Positions 50,018 through 62,600 of a stretch of DNA of 64,000 nt are shown here, in pieces (position 1 is the stretch's first letter; every line of letters begins with the position of its first letter). The stretch is from Takakia lepidozioides. Its lineage: Eukaryota > Plantae > Bryophyta. The notes beneath the pieces are model-generated. The model was not told the origin of the DNA, did not search any database, and saw only the letters and a list, made by a program, of their open reading frames with translations. A program made the translations under genes and the position numbers. The DNA lies in assembly GCA_030704615.1 (NCBI GenBank), contig CM060731.1:55552001-55616000 (forward strand), written 5' to 3'.

Positions 50018-53000
50018 ATGCCGAAGGGGAGGAAGCAGATGCGTCTACAGGAGGAGATTGCCATCTCCGAGCAGCAGGCCACTCAGGCAACCCAGCCACC
50101 AGTGAGAGCTCCATGCGATCGGGCTGCGCGCAGCTGATCGAGCACCGAACCCCCCATTTTTGCTTCTGTAATTCTTAGACTGAATACTAGGAGACTTGAA
50201 TGCAGAACATGTTTGCATGCCTAATAGGAAAGGTGGACGTGCTGGAGGGATCGCAGGAATCCGAAGAGCCGCAGGAAGAGTCCGAGGAGCTAGCTGCAGC
50301 ACGTACACCCACCCGATCCCCGAGCGCGGGTATTCCTGCCGGGCCTAGCCCTGTGCATTTCAAAGACGCAGCTTCGAAGGGCTCAAAGCCCCAGAGATCG
50401 ACTCGCGTTCTTCGGTCATGGAGAATCGCCAGCAGGGATCGGGCCCTTCTCCAGCAAAGTCGAAGAAGAAGCAGCCCGTCCCTCTACTGGTTTTTGAACC
50501 GGCTCAGGCCGATTCACCCCCCCCAGACGCGAATGAAGCAGCAGGGTAAAAGACAGATTCAATTGCAACAGACACCTTCACCTGCAAGGATGAGGAAGCA
50601 GAAGGCAATCAGGGCGACGGCCGAACAATCTCCCGCAAAACCGCTTCCACGAGCTGAAGCTCAGTTCCTGGAGGATTTCCCGCCTGCAGATGTTGGGGCC
50701 GTCTCTGCTGCAGCGAAGGCAATGGGATCGACCGTTTTTGTCGATTTGGTACCGGAGGAGGGTGCTGCCGCTGAACGTTCGCAGCAAGACCTCACCACCG
50801 ATGAGCAAGCAGGCCCGGAGGAGGCCTCTGCAATGGCAGAATTGCCCGCAAACAGGCCCCAGAGTGCAGCTCCAGTTGAGGATGCTCCAGCTGCTCAGCC
50901 ACTACCGGCACCTACAGACATGTCTCCGGAGGATTTCAAAAGTGCAGCGGATAAAATGTTGGAGGAGACACACAGTAGCATTGGCAGAGTTCTGGGCAGC
51001 AAGGTATTCCAGCGGACTCCTCGAATCCCACTCTGTCGCATGGTCTCCCTTCCCATCGTCAGGCAGGCCCTTCCCGGAGATGTGGATAAGCTCAAGTTCG
51101 CATTTCGAGAAGGGTACCGTCTGGGATCGGCAGCGTTTTACGTTTCCATTGAGAATGAGGACGGCGAAACTCGTGGACCCACTGCCGATGAATTGTCAAC
51201 GTGGGATACCCACTGGCACACTCGCAACGACGAATTCGAGGCGACGCTGAAGGGTGATCCAGACTTCGGCCATATGTCGGGTAAAATGTTCTTTGTGTGG
51301 GACGGGAATCACCGACTTCTTGCCTGGTGGGAGTACATCAAGCAGAACCATGCCAAGCACATTGGCTGGCATTACATGGTGGAGTGTGTCATCCTCAAGG
51401 TGAAGGCGGCAGACTCCTCCCTGCTCAAGAATGCCATGGCGGACCTCAACTCGTAAGATACTCATACCCTCCCTAGCACGTTCGAAATGCGGTGCCGCAT
51501 TTCGGTTTCCATTCTGGTTTGTTTCCGTGCTTCTGTGTACTGAACTGGAGAGTGTGCCTTGCAGGGTCACTGAGAATGCGTACGTGCATACCCACATGCA
51601 CACATATGCTGTACAGGGTGAGGAAAACTGGTCTCACTGATCCGCAGATGTTTGCGGAAATGCTGGAGCCCGAGCTCATTCAGAAAGCCGTTGCAAAAAC
51701 AGACCGGACATGGTATCGTCTCACTATGGATGGAATGGTGGAGGTGATATACGAAGTAAGTCGTCCTCCAATTTCCCTCTGCTCATCCTTCCCCAATTTC
51801 CAGTAATCTTTCCACATGAATCGAATGTAACGCTTCTGCATGTTTTGTTGGCAGTCAAACATCAAGCTGGATTTGGCCCATGCCAAACGCTTCTTCATGG
51901 AAAGTGAGGGGCAGGTGAAAACGTTGCAGTCATTGACTGAGCACTTGAAGGAAGCCGGTGTCAAGTCCAGAACCAAATACAAGTCAAAGCTTGTGAAGCT
52001 GGTGGCAATTGCAGATCCGACACTTGGAAAGGACTTCATCCCCGAGATTGCAAAACACTATTCTCGGGCCATGCAGCCGACCATGCAATTGGAGAAACTG
52101 CATCACCTCTCAACGGCATGTGTTGAGGCAAAAGAGAAGGTGAGGTTTCAATGCACTGAAGTTCCTTCCTAGCAATAGCCACTCTCTTCCAGCTCCTGAC
52201 ATTGGATCGGAAATGGCAGACACGGTGGCTGTCGATCTGGAATGCATCCGAGAGCATAAGGACAATGTGGTCTTTTCCACTGGAAGTTTCCGACCCTGCA
52301 GTGGATGTGTGGCTCAACCGCATGACTTGGTGGTTCCAGGTAATTCAAGGTACTTCCCCAGATTTGCTTTTCTGAAATGAATTCCCTGAACTGCTACGTG
52401 ACAATGCATTTGGGAATCGCAGGTAATGTCGAATGCGAAGGAGCAAGTCGTAATGCACACAAATTCGTTCGGCTTGTACGTCAAATGGGATGGAACACAG
52501 ACATTGGAAGACTACGTGACACGTTTCAGATGTGCGTACAAGGACAACCTTTCGCCAGAGAGCTACAGACAGCAAGAAGGAGCGTGGAGTTTACACATCA
52601 CGAGGGAGCGGGGAAAGCTGCAATGCGAATTGTTTACAGGTGAAGCACAGCTGCCCTTGTATGCGAAGCCTGGTTACGAGGTTTGTCTCGGAAATGCGGC
52701 ACCGCATTCGCATTTTATGTTTTCGGTGGCACTCTGCGAGTAGGTTCGTCCAATCTTATGCTCACGCATGCTGACTGCCTTGCAGGTATATGAAATACGT
52801 GCTCCTTCAGACAGGGGCCCTGGCTCAAGAGCCCCCGTTCTTCATGGCTTGGACCGTGGCGGGCCCAAGCTGTGTCTACACACCCGAGATGCAGAAACAA
52901 TGGCATCCCGCGCATCTCGTTGGATGCCCTGGTACCTGGATATGTCTGGCGGTATTGTTGACGAGTCTGAGAAAGATCTGCACGCCTTGGCAGAAGAGAA

Positions 53001-55132
53001 GAGAAAGGAAAGACGTGTCCCTGCTGGGCCAAAGTCGGCAAAGGAATCTGCTGCTCTGGAAGAATCCAGAAAGGCAGCTGAGATGGCACAAAAGATGGTG
53101 GATGCAGCTGTGCAGGCCCAACAGAAGGGGTCGAAGAAGAGGACTCGCCAGCAAGGAGCAGCTGTTGTGACACCCGCCAAAACGAAGAAGCAGAAACAGC
53201 CTGTTCAGGAAGAGGGTGAGGAAGAGGACTCCGATGGAGACTTTGCAACCAGCCCACCCCCCCAAACGCAGGCTGCCTCCCCTGTGCCCACCGTTGTCAC
53301 GAGAGGCACGAGAACTGGCTCGGCAAAGAAGGCACTCTTCAACCCCCCAGGGGGGCACCCTTTGAGCCGGTGGAAATGAAGAGGCCGAAAGTGGCTCCCG
53401 AAACAGTAGTCCAGTGTGTAAATGAGAGTTTCTTGGCGGCTTTGGATGGACGGGCAGCCAAGTTGGCATACATGAAGACCATGGAGGGTCTGAAGGGCAG
53501 AGCACTGAAGAAGGCGACTGCCGAAGAGCCTTCCGACACCCCAGGATTTCAGAATATGGTCTCGTTCTTTGAGAGGGTGTGTGCAGACAAGGATTGTAGG
53601 AGGGGCGGAAATGCCACCGAGTGGTCTTGCGATATGATCATCTTGGATATTCCGGACGGAGAGCCTGTGGAAGGACTGCAAGCTTTGCCATCTTGGAACA
53701 GGTACTCGGAGGACTTTTGGAAGAAAGGATTCGGGCTTGCCCGCATGGTGTTGGACGACAGAGGCTGTGTGGTTGTCCTGGCGAGCAGAGGAAAAAACAC
53801 TCGGACAGGAATTGCGAAGTGGACCCGCAAGAGCGCCGTCCCGATTCTGAAAAAGAAGTGGACGTGCATCAACACACTGGGCCTTCGGTCGGAAGGGAAG
53901 AAGGTGATTACGACACTGGCACTCGTCCATTCATTTGCTTGGGTGTTTTCAAATGCGGTGCCGCATTCGGTTTCTAATCGTTCCCCCTGTGTATGCAGAC
54001 GAAGCAGTTCGATGCATACTGCTTTGTGAAGGAGAACTCCACCTTTGTTTCCGGAAGGAGGGAGGAAAGGTTGACCCGAACTGCGACCCCCTCGATTACG
54101 ACGTTCTGTTCAACAACGTTCCCAAGGAACTTCTCCCTCATAGCCTCACTTCAACGGAACCCCTGCGGTACTCACGGACTCGGAGCCCTGCCTTCATTCA
54201 GACAATTATGGAGACATGCACAGACGTGGAGGGCACAGTGCTTGACCTCATCTGTGGGACAGGTATGCAGAATCTTGATCTATCTGTTTTGCAAATTCTC
54301 GTTAGGATGTAGTTCGCAACATCTGAAGCGCCATGTTGTAATGTGTGGATGGCATTGTAACAAGTGCCTCAATGTGGGCTGGGCGGTTTTCCGACCGGCA
54401 CCTCTTTGCCTACGAGGAGGATTCATTCGTGTGGGGATCCCATCTGGAAGAGCTGCAACGGAATGTTAAGGCTCCCAACAGAGCGGAAGTCTCCTCGGAT
54501 TCGTCGGAGTCCGAGGAAGACACAGTGGACATTGATGCGGAGGAGAACCCGGAATACGAGTGAGTGCAAACATTGTAAGTTTGCAAAGCCTTCTGGGTCA
54601 TTTTGTCAAACGAATTTCCGGACTGTGGTTCTCATTAGTCTCGTTGATGATTGTCATGTGCAGGATTGCAGGGTCCGGGTCGAAACATGTAGGGCCTACA
54701 CTTCCTGCCAGGAAGAATGTCCCGTTCTTTGCGAGGGCCGACTTCATGACGAGCCCGGTGAGGGACTACTCCCTTCCTAGTTATGCAGCTAAACTCGCAA
54801 ATACAGCGATTAGAAGAAGTGAGAATCCCAGTAAAGTAGAGCAGATTTTGGAGAGGGCTAGGGAGGACAGAAGGATAAGGAAAGAGTTGGCAGCAGCTCA
54901 GACAGGTAGACGGGTACGAAAGTACATATGTGATTCAGCGGATGAGAGCGACGCAGACAGGGAGGAAGACGACCCAACGGAGGTGAGATGGACAGTTCCG
55001 CAAGGGGAAGATGGGATTTTCGAAAGCCTGGCCAACGAGCAGTCCGCTGGAGATGAGAAAGGCAATGAGGGGGTGGAGGCGGAGCAGGACAGTCTAGAAC
55101 AGGATGAGGATTCGGATGATTTTCAAGATTAA
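50018..55132 (+). CDS. Multi-exon ParB/Srx-like + beta-class amino-MTase-like gene (family 2), possibly frameshifted
   Basis: RIPLCRMVSLPIVR...MFFVWDGNHRLLAW (51020-51330); CDMIILDIPDGE (~53630); RSPAFIQTIMETCT..VLDLICGTG (~54180-54262); RHLFAYEED; acidic C-terminus. Confidence 0.75.
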
Positions 55133-55267
55133 TAGAATTTTAATGAAGTCTCTGTAAATGTAAATTCTCTTCCAGAGTATATAAAGGAAATTCCCCGACA
55201 TTCGTGACCCCTCTCCAGTGTGCATTCCAGCCACACAATCGCCCAAACCACGACGCTCCCAAAATCA

Positions 55268-55990
55268 GAAATGGGGCACCGCATTTCCAAAATTTTGGCA
55301 ACTCTAAAAACCTCTTTTGGAAATGCGGCACCGCATTTCCAAAACAGGGGAGGGACTAAATTTTCCATTTCAATGTTGGCATAGTAAAAAGTAATCGGCC
55401 GATTGGAAATGCGGTGCCGCATTTCCAAAATTTCCTTGTCCACACGCCAGTTTTGGCCTCTCCCGCTCATTGCATGGATGCCACCACGCTTACAGAGGTC
55501 GAACAAGGAGGTCGAGATGGCGGAATTGGAAATGCGGTGCCGCATTTCCATATTGGGGATGGTCTTTCTTTGAACTGCAGGCCCATCAGCAAAAATTGGC
55601 ACCGCATTCCATTGTAAAAAAAAAGTCGATGACGGACATGGAAATGCGGCGCCGCATTTCCAGAACGGACATCGCAATTTGTCCATTTGCAGACCCACTC
55701 ACGGAAATGCGGTAACGCATTCCATCGCGCTGGTCGGAAATGTCACACTTTTCGAAGTGTTGGACGGAAATGCGGCACCGCATTCCCTTGTCCAAAAAGA
55801 AGTTTCCATTGCCAAGCTGGAAATGCGTCGCCGCATTTGCAATGCCAACCTCGTTGTCTGTCCAATTTATAGACCCGTGTTGGTATTTCGTGTACCTGGA
55901 CGGAAATGATGCACCGCATTCCATTGTCCGACACTGAAATGCGGTTCATACATTTCCATGTCGGCATTGAAATGCGGCACTGCATTTCAA
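55268..55990. repeat. 3' cluster of family-2 palindromes
   Basis: More than ten GAAATGCGG-NN-CCGCATTTC variants downstream of the MTase gene. Confidence 0.9.
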
Positions 55991-56374
55991 TGTCCGACAT
56001 GGCGTTACTCTGGTATATTCTTGACACATGACTCTCATACCGGTTACTCTGGTATATTCATCCGGACAGACAAATTGTAGAAATGAGCAGCGCGGTGGCT
56101 GGAAAAAGTTCAAGCTAACGCTGCAATTCCTCACAAACACTCCAGGGCACATTTAAATTTCCCCCTACAGGATCCTGGACCGATGAAGATTGGCTGCTGC
56201 ATGAATGTAGCCGTTTCAGTTTCCTACCCTGCCATGCAAACTATGGGCAGTGACTGCCAGGTGGGCCGATAGCCACTGGACACGACGAAGTCCATCCCCT
56301 CTTCGATGTAAATGCGGCGCCGAATTTCCATCCGGGGGGATGGACTTCGGTGGCAGATCTAAAACTATAACTTA

Positions 56375-57148
56375 TTGATGAGAAAGATATATGGGTTCAT
56401 CCACCGCTGGTGTGATGAACACGTTCCACCTCCGTCGGTGGGTACGTGGGACCCAGATGCTCCATTATTGGAGGCCGGACTGCTCTTCCGCTTTGCATCA
56501 TTTCGAAAATCTAAGGGCTTCGTAGCTGTCCGCAAGGTCATTGTCATCTGCATCCAAGTCGTCCTCAGGTCCTCCTTTGCAAGGATGCCGTGCTTCCGGA
56601 ACCGGGACGACTGCCCATTTGGAGGCATCAATTATGCAATGTATTCGGCCACATCGGGAGACATTGTTATCTGGTACACAGATTACACAGAAGATACTGG
56701 TTCGATTGTGGAAACATTGGTGGCTTTTGAGTATATCCTAGGCCACTACGCCTTCGAGCGGGGTGACGATCTTGGTCTGAGGAGTCCGTGGCTCCTGCGC
56801 ATCCTCGATTCCGATTTTCCCAGCTACAACGGTCACCCATGCAGAAGAAGGCGCACTGCTATGCTGTTGCGGTGGAACTGCTGCCACTGGACGTGGGTGG
56901 ACTCCATCGGAGAGACCTATTCTCCTGAAGGAGTGCGCTCCTCTTCTCCATTGTATGGGGACATTGGCATTGGTGTGGACGACGAAAACGTGAAGATTTC
57001 CATATTCGATGGTGGTATGATTGAAGGGCAGGACATTGTGGTGAACATCACTAGGGGCGGTACAACGGCTGCAATCGACTTTACCTGGAGGAGCCCCATG
57101 ACTCATGAGCTAGTTCTGAGAGCAGTCGAAGTCCCATTGACAACGTGA
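56375..57148 (+). CDS. Hypothetical 257-aa ORF inside the family-2 MULE
   Basis: Uninterrupted non-repetitive ORF with no recognisable motif. Confidence 0.35.
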   Translation: MMRKIYGFIHRWCDEHVPPPSVGTWDPDAPLLEAGLLFRFASFRKSKGFVAVRKVIVICIQVVLRSSFARMPCFRNRDDCPFGGINYAMYSATSGDIVIWYTDYTEDTGSIVETLVAFEYILGHYAFERGDDLGLRSPWLLRILDSDFPSYNGHPCRRRRTAMLLRWNCCHWTWVDSIGETYSPEGVRSSSPLYGDIGIGVDDENVKISIFDGGMIEGQDIVVNITRGGTTAAIDFTWRSPMTHELVLRAVEVPLTT

Positions 57149-57611
57149 CTTGTATTCAGTAGGCACAGGGCTAAAGATTTGATTGCACAATCAGCACAGT
57201 AGACGTGCTTCAAATGCAATTCATGTGGATCAATAAAAACCTCATTGTGCCCTCTTTTTATTCTATTCTGTGTCCATCGTTCCGAGAATGCGTCATTGCT
57301 CATTTCGTTTGGGATTGGGAGTGTGGGTGGATTTTGCAAGTGGCTGGTAGGCTGAAATGGGCCCCCATTGTACAGAGCAGTACCACCCTTCCATTCGCGA
57401 AACATTGCCTTTCAATATATAATTCTAAATAACATTGCCGAACATCCTTCATCGGGAGGTCCTTCTCCCCCTATGACCGTGGCACCCTAAACCCTATTCC
57501 CGCGGACACTCATTTCCGGAAATAGTGCTGCTCATGTTTTTTTCCACACTTACGACTCTGCTCATGGCTCATGCCGCTCATGGCTCATGGCTCATGAAAT
57601 AGCAGCCCCCC

Positions 57612-57913
57612 CCGTGCCGCATGTGAGGTCCAGAATCCGCCCTTGGACATCCGAGCACGTCTCCATGAGGGTTTGGATGAAAGCAGGGCTCCGGGTCCGG
57701 CTGTACCGCCACGGTTTGCCTGTCTTTGTGTCCTTCAGCATACCGGAGTGGGGCACATAGTTGTAGAGGACATTGTAGGTTACAGGGTCCACAACGGCAT
57801 CAACAAGACGACCGTCGTTGCGGAATTTGAACGTAGACCCTCTCTTCACAAAGCAATATGCCTCAAACACCAATGTCTGCACATCCAACAAAGAAGGGAT
57901 CAACTCTAGGGTC
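57612..57913 (-). pseudogene. Inverted continuation of the family-3 MTase gene
   Basis: RYSRTRSPAFIQTLMETCSDVQGRILDLTCGTG. Its reverse complement matches 37747-38025 and begins with the TSD GACCC. Confidence 0.85.
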
Positions 57914-59003
57914 TGTTAGAGGACTGTCTGGGACTTAGACACTTATACGGGATCTGTAGGGTACCCTTAATTTTTGCACAAACTGAGACCAACAGGAGCC
58001 TTAGGAGTGACAGCAGCGCACTGTAGAGGGGGGTTACACAGCTCGTCACAGCCGACACAGCCAGACACAGTCAGCACAGCTCGTCACAGCCCGACACAGC
58101 CATCACAGCCAACACAGCCCGTCACAGCCGACACAGCAAGACACAGTCAGCACAGCTCGTCACAGCCCGACACGGCCATCACAGCCAACACAGCCCGTCA
58201 CAGCCCGACACAGCCATCACAGCCAACACAGCCCGTCACAGTCGTCACAGCCGACACAGCCAACACAGCCCGTCACAGCCAACACAGCCAGTCACAGCCG
58301 ACACAACCAAACACAGTCGCACAGCCAGTCACAGCCCGTCACAGTTTTACAAAGCCAGTCACAGCTTGACACAGCTGTCACGATCATAGGGAACGGAGAG
58401 CAGGACAGGGAACGACTGTGGGGAACAACACCTGCTAATGGAACATGTTAGTTCACGGACGACGGTTAGTGAGGGAAACGGTTAGAGCCACGGGTAGGAA
58501 GATAAAGGGAGAAGCAAGGATTGAGAAAGGAGGATTTTTGGGGAAGCACTGGACGGGGGGAGGACTTCTTGGTCATGCAGGAGAGGGGATCGGGCAGAGA
58601 TGAAGAGATGATTAGTAGATGCTTGTTATATGCAAAGCTGAGTGATATCGTAGAGCAGGTTAGAGACACAATGGCTTCAGCCTGATACCTGATAAATCAT
58701 AATCGGATACTTTTACGATACAATCACACTGTGTAGAGAGATCTGAGTGAAGCTGTGGAATGAATGGATGAGTTGATGGAATCCAATAGATTGATGAAGC
58801 AAACTGATACTTAATTATCAATGGTAAGGTAGTTAACATGAATGCCAAAAGGGAAACAAATAGGAAACACCCCCATGATACACTAGCTGTAGGTCATGAC
58901 TGATTGTTCTGCGCGGGCTGAGTACTTAGAGATTTCCAACTCTTCTATCTTGGAGTTTCCGCCTCGGATAGCGAAGGGATGGGTGAGTAAAAGCCGCGCG
59001 ACA
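57914..59003 (+). mobile_element. 5' LTR of gypsy family A (partner of the LTR at 42065-43176)
   Basis: TGTTAG...GCGACA followed by a PBS at 59006-59023. Preceded by GGGTC, the reverse complement of GACCC. Confidence 0.9.
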
Positions 59004-59591
59004 TTTGGCGACCATACTGGGGAACTGAGTCATGAACAACCAGATGTGACAGGCATCTGGTGGGATCATGGTGGTTGGACCATTAAAGAATTTGAAGTGA
59101 ATCAAATTCCCTGTGGAACGAAGGAAGAAAGATTGTCCAAACAATTCTTTCAAAGGTTCTTGGAATTGCCAGACGGGTGTAAAGAAAATATTCTTAAGCG
59201 AGTGCATGATGCTGATCCGGAATGGGGTCTGGAGAAAGGAGTGATAAAGATTTATCAGGTAGCCTGTAGAGGAAGAGCACGTTGGTTACCAACATTGGTT
59301 TATGTGATAGCATTGCTATCCATTAAGCGAGTAGAGTTTGAAAGCTGGGAAGAAAGAAAGGTGAATGTTTATACTCATATGCATGAAGAGCTTGTACTGG
59401 TAAAGAATTGGATTCCAAAGGATATTTTGTGGATCAAACTCACACCAAGAACAGCTTTCCAGACTTGTTTGCCATATGGTTATATGGTAACGGAGACTTC
59501 AAGTATAGCCAAGGGTGCATTGAAGCTTGAAAGAAACCCAGGCATATACGAGAGATATTACAGAAGAGAGTTTTGGTTATTGCCACATTAA
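58896..59591 (+). CDS. 5' additional ORF upstream of gag (unknown function)
   Basis: 231 aa, near-identical to 25613..26308. Confidence 0.6.
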   Translation: MTDCSARAEYLEISNSSILEFPPRIAKGWVSKSRATFGDHTGELSHEQPDVTGIWWDHGGWTIKEFEVNQIPCGTKEERLSKQFFQRFLELPDGCKENILKRVHDADPEWGLEKGVIKIYQVACRGRARWLPTLVYVIALLSIKRVEFESWEERKVNVYTHMHEELVLVKNWIPKDILWIKLTPRTAFQTCLPYGYMVTETSSIAKGALKLERNPGIYERYYRREFWLLPH

Positions 59592-59612
59592 AAGAAATGA
59601 AAGACATGGGAC

Positions 59613-62600
59613 ATGAGTGATGAAAGAGAAGCTAGACGCCAGAGATATTCAGCAAAAAGAGAAAGCTATCTGAAAGCTAATTATCCATATCTTTGGGAGA
59701 GAGGAATAGACATAGGGGAATCATCTGGACCTCTCACACCATTAAGATCAAAGAGTACATCACCCATACCGGAAGAAATAGAGTTGGATGCCACTCCTTC
59801 TGTTTCTTTGCAAGAAAGATTAAAGGAATTGGTAGAGAAAGAAGATCAATCACGAGGTGAAAGATCTGGGGTACATCCCTGGATAAAAGATTTGACAGAA
59901 ATCTTTGATAAGAGTTGGCATGGAACACCAAAAGCAGGAACTCCAGTTTCTGAAGCGGAAGGTGAAGAAGGAGAAGAGGATGTGGCAGAGCCAACGGAGA
60001 GTTCAGACTCTCCAACACCATTACAGTTGAGTTACATGAGTGAAGAAGAAACCCAAGGGCAAAACTTGGAGGATGAAAACAGAGAGAAGAAATTGGAAGA
60101 GGAAGAATATGAAGAAGTAGACCCAACAGCTGAGGTTGAGACTACAACCAGGACATCCCAACTCGTTGGACCTGGATCAAGTGGAGCACTTGGATCACAG
60201 GCCAACGAAGGTGTCGGCTCAGGGGGATCAGGCGGGCTGCCTGGATCTGGCTCTGGGGGGACAGGGAGTGTGGGAAGTAGTGCAACTGAAGCTGGGAATA
60301 CTGTGAATATCGTGGGGCCGGAAGCAGGGAGTGCTCAAGGGCCACCACTTGGTGGAAGATCCACCACAAAAACAAAAGGTCCAGAAGGACCAGCACCAGC
60401 AAGGGTGCCAGCACCTGTCAGTGGGCAGAAGGTAGGGCCACAAATGGCGTTACAACCAACACGGGCAAAACCACCCTTTCCAATATATTCAGGAAAAGGG
60501 GATCCCGATGTACACATTAGCCAATTTGAGCACATGTGTATAGTGAACAATGAGAATGGCGATGATGCCAAGATGAGATTGTTTCCTTGTTCACTTATCA
60601 AGAAAGCAAGTGAATGGTATGCAAGATTCCCTGATAATCATTTCCTAACCTGGAATGGCTTGAATACAACATTTCGAAATAGGTTCAGGACAAGTAAAAC
60701 TGAAGATGAAGTGTATGGAAGTTTACAACAGTTAAAGCAAAAGAAGCATGAAACTGTTGAGGAGTATATGGAAAAGATGGAATTGATGATGAAAAAGCTG
60801 GCTGCAGTACCAGCACCCGGTTTACAGAAGACTTGGTTTGTGAGTGGACTAAGACCAGAGTTGCAAAAGAAAGTGGATATGTTACCCCATAATACAGTGG
60901 AGGAGGCATTTGAAACTGCAAACAGAATTGAGCAATTGGGAATGCTCAGGAGAGAGAAAAAGGATGATGAGGACTCTGAGGATGAGTCAGATGAAGAAGA
61001 AGAGCAAGAACTAAAAAGAAAGAGTAAGAGAAAGGAGAAGTTGAAGAGGGATAACTATGAAAAAAGATTGGAAGAAATCTTGAAGAAGTATGCCACAGAG
61101 GCTGCAACACATTGGAGGAAGGGTGTATGGTGTGCAAAGTGCCAGAATGAAGGCCATACCACCACAGAATGCCACATGAAGGAGAAACACTGTACTATCT
61201 GTAAAATGGATAACCATTCTACTGAGAATTGTTACTACAACAGAAGGACACTGCAAGAGAACCTAGGCAAGTAAGGGTGCATCAGGTGCAGCCCCAGCCA
61301 AGAAGAAACAATGATCAGGACCATATGGTAGGTCTGGTGGTTATAACAATGGCATGGAAGGGAGAGGTAATTCAAGAGGGAATTACCAAGGAAATTCCAG
61401 AGGCAACTATCAGGGTAATCCAAGGGGGAATTACCAGCCCGGGAATCAGGATTATAGAAATAATCCAAGAACAGACCAAGGGCAAGGACCCAATGGTGAA
61501 GAACTATGTTACTATTGTAATCAGCCAGGACATCGCAGGGCAGCCTGTTCATTCTGGATAAGACACCAGAATGAGATGAGAGCTCCTGTGAATGAGGGCC
61601 CAGTGGTGGCAGCTCACATGGTTAGGCCATGTGTTGTACCAGAAGTAAGTACAATGATAGTAACAAGAAGTAAAGCCAAACTAATACCTCCAGTAGTAGA
61701 GGAAGAAGATGATAATGAAGGTGGCAATGATATGCCTGAAGATGAAGAGACTTGGAAAGATGAGAAGGAACTGCACAAGGAAGTGGCAGATACTATAAGG
61801 GAAATGCAAAAGAGTACTGATATTCCTGTGGCAGATTCCTCTGATTCTGATGGAGAAGAAGAAGGGAGTGAGGAAGAAAGGAAGAAAGAAGATGCAGACA
61901 TGCAAAGTAATGAAGAGACTTTGGCTGAAGTAATATGCCAGACCAAAGCAGAAATTACCATTGGACAGCTATTAGCTGTGGCACCTTATTGTAGGCACAG
62001 GCTGTATCAAGCAATCAATCGAATTGCCCAGGAGACAGGAAACACAGACCTGAACAGCAAGGTGACCAGTTATAATGTGAAGCCGGAAGGGCGAGAAACA
62101 GTCATGGACTTTGATGATTCTATGCCAGTAATCCAATTGAGAATTGGGAGCACAGAACTAACTGATGTACTGATAGATGGAGGTTCTGGAGTAAATATCA
62201 TGACAGACCAATTAAGGAAGAAGCTTGGTCTAAGTAACATGAAACCAGCCCCATTTACAGTAACAATGGCAGATCAAAGAAGTGTACAGCCATTGGGATT
62301 AATAAGAGGAGTTAAGATACAGATACAGAAGATGATCTTTATGATCACAGTAACTGTGTTGAAGATGGATGAAGTCATGGAGGCTTACTCCTTATTATTG
62401 GGACGTCCGTGGCTGAAACAGGCCAGGGTATTCCATGACTGGAATTCTCAGTTACTAACCGTGCATAATGGGATACACGAGATACAAATTACCACAAAGA
62501 AATCTAGTAGATTACCTGCTACAAGAAGACCTCGAGGAGTCAGAGAGTATGACTGGAGAGGAGGACTGGATGAGGAGCAGGAAGCTACCCTATTTGCTGC

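Larger units (their letters stand above)
44590..57611. mobile_element. Mutator-like element family 2 (left end missing at the rearrangement junction)
   Basis: Transposase plus divergent ParB-MTase gene. The right end GGCTCATGAAATAGCAGCCCCCC resembles the family-1 end GGCTCACGGAATAGCACCCCCCC. Confidence 0.8.
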
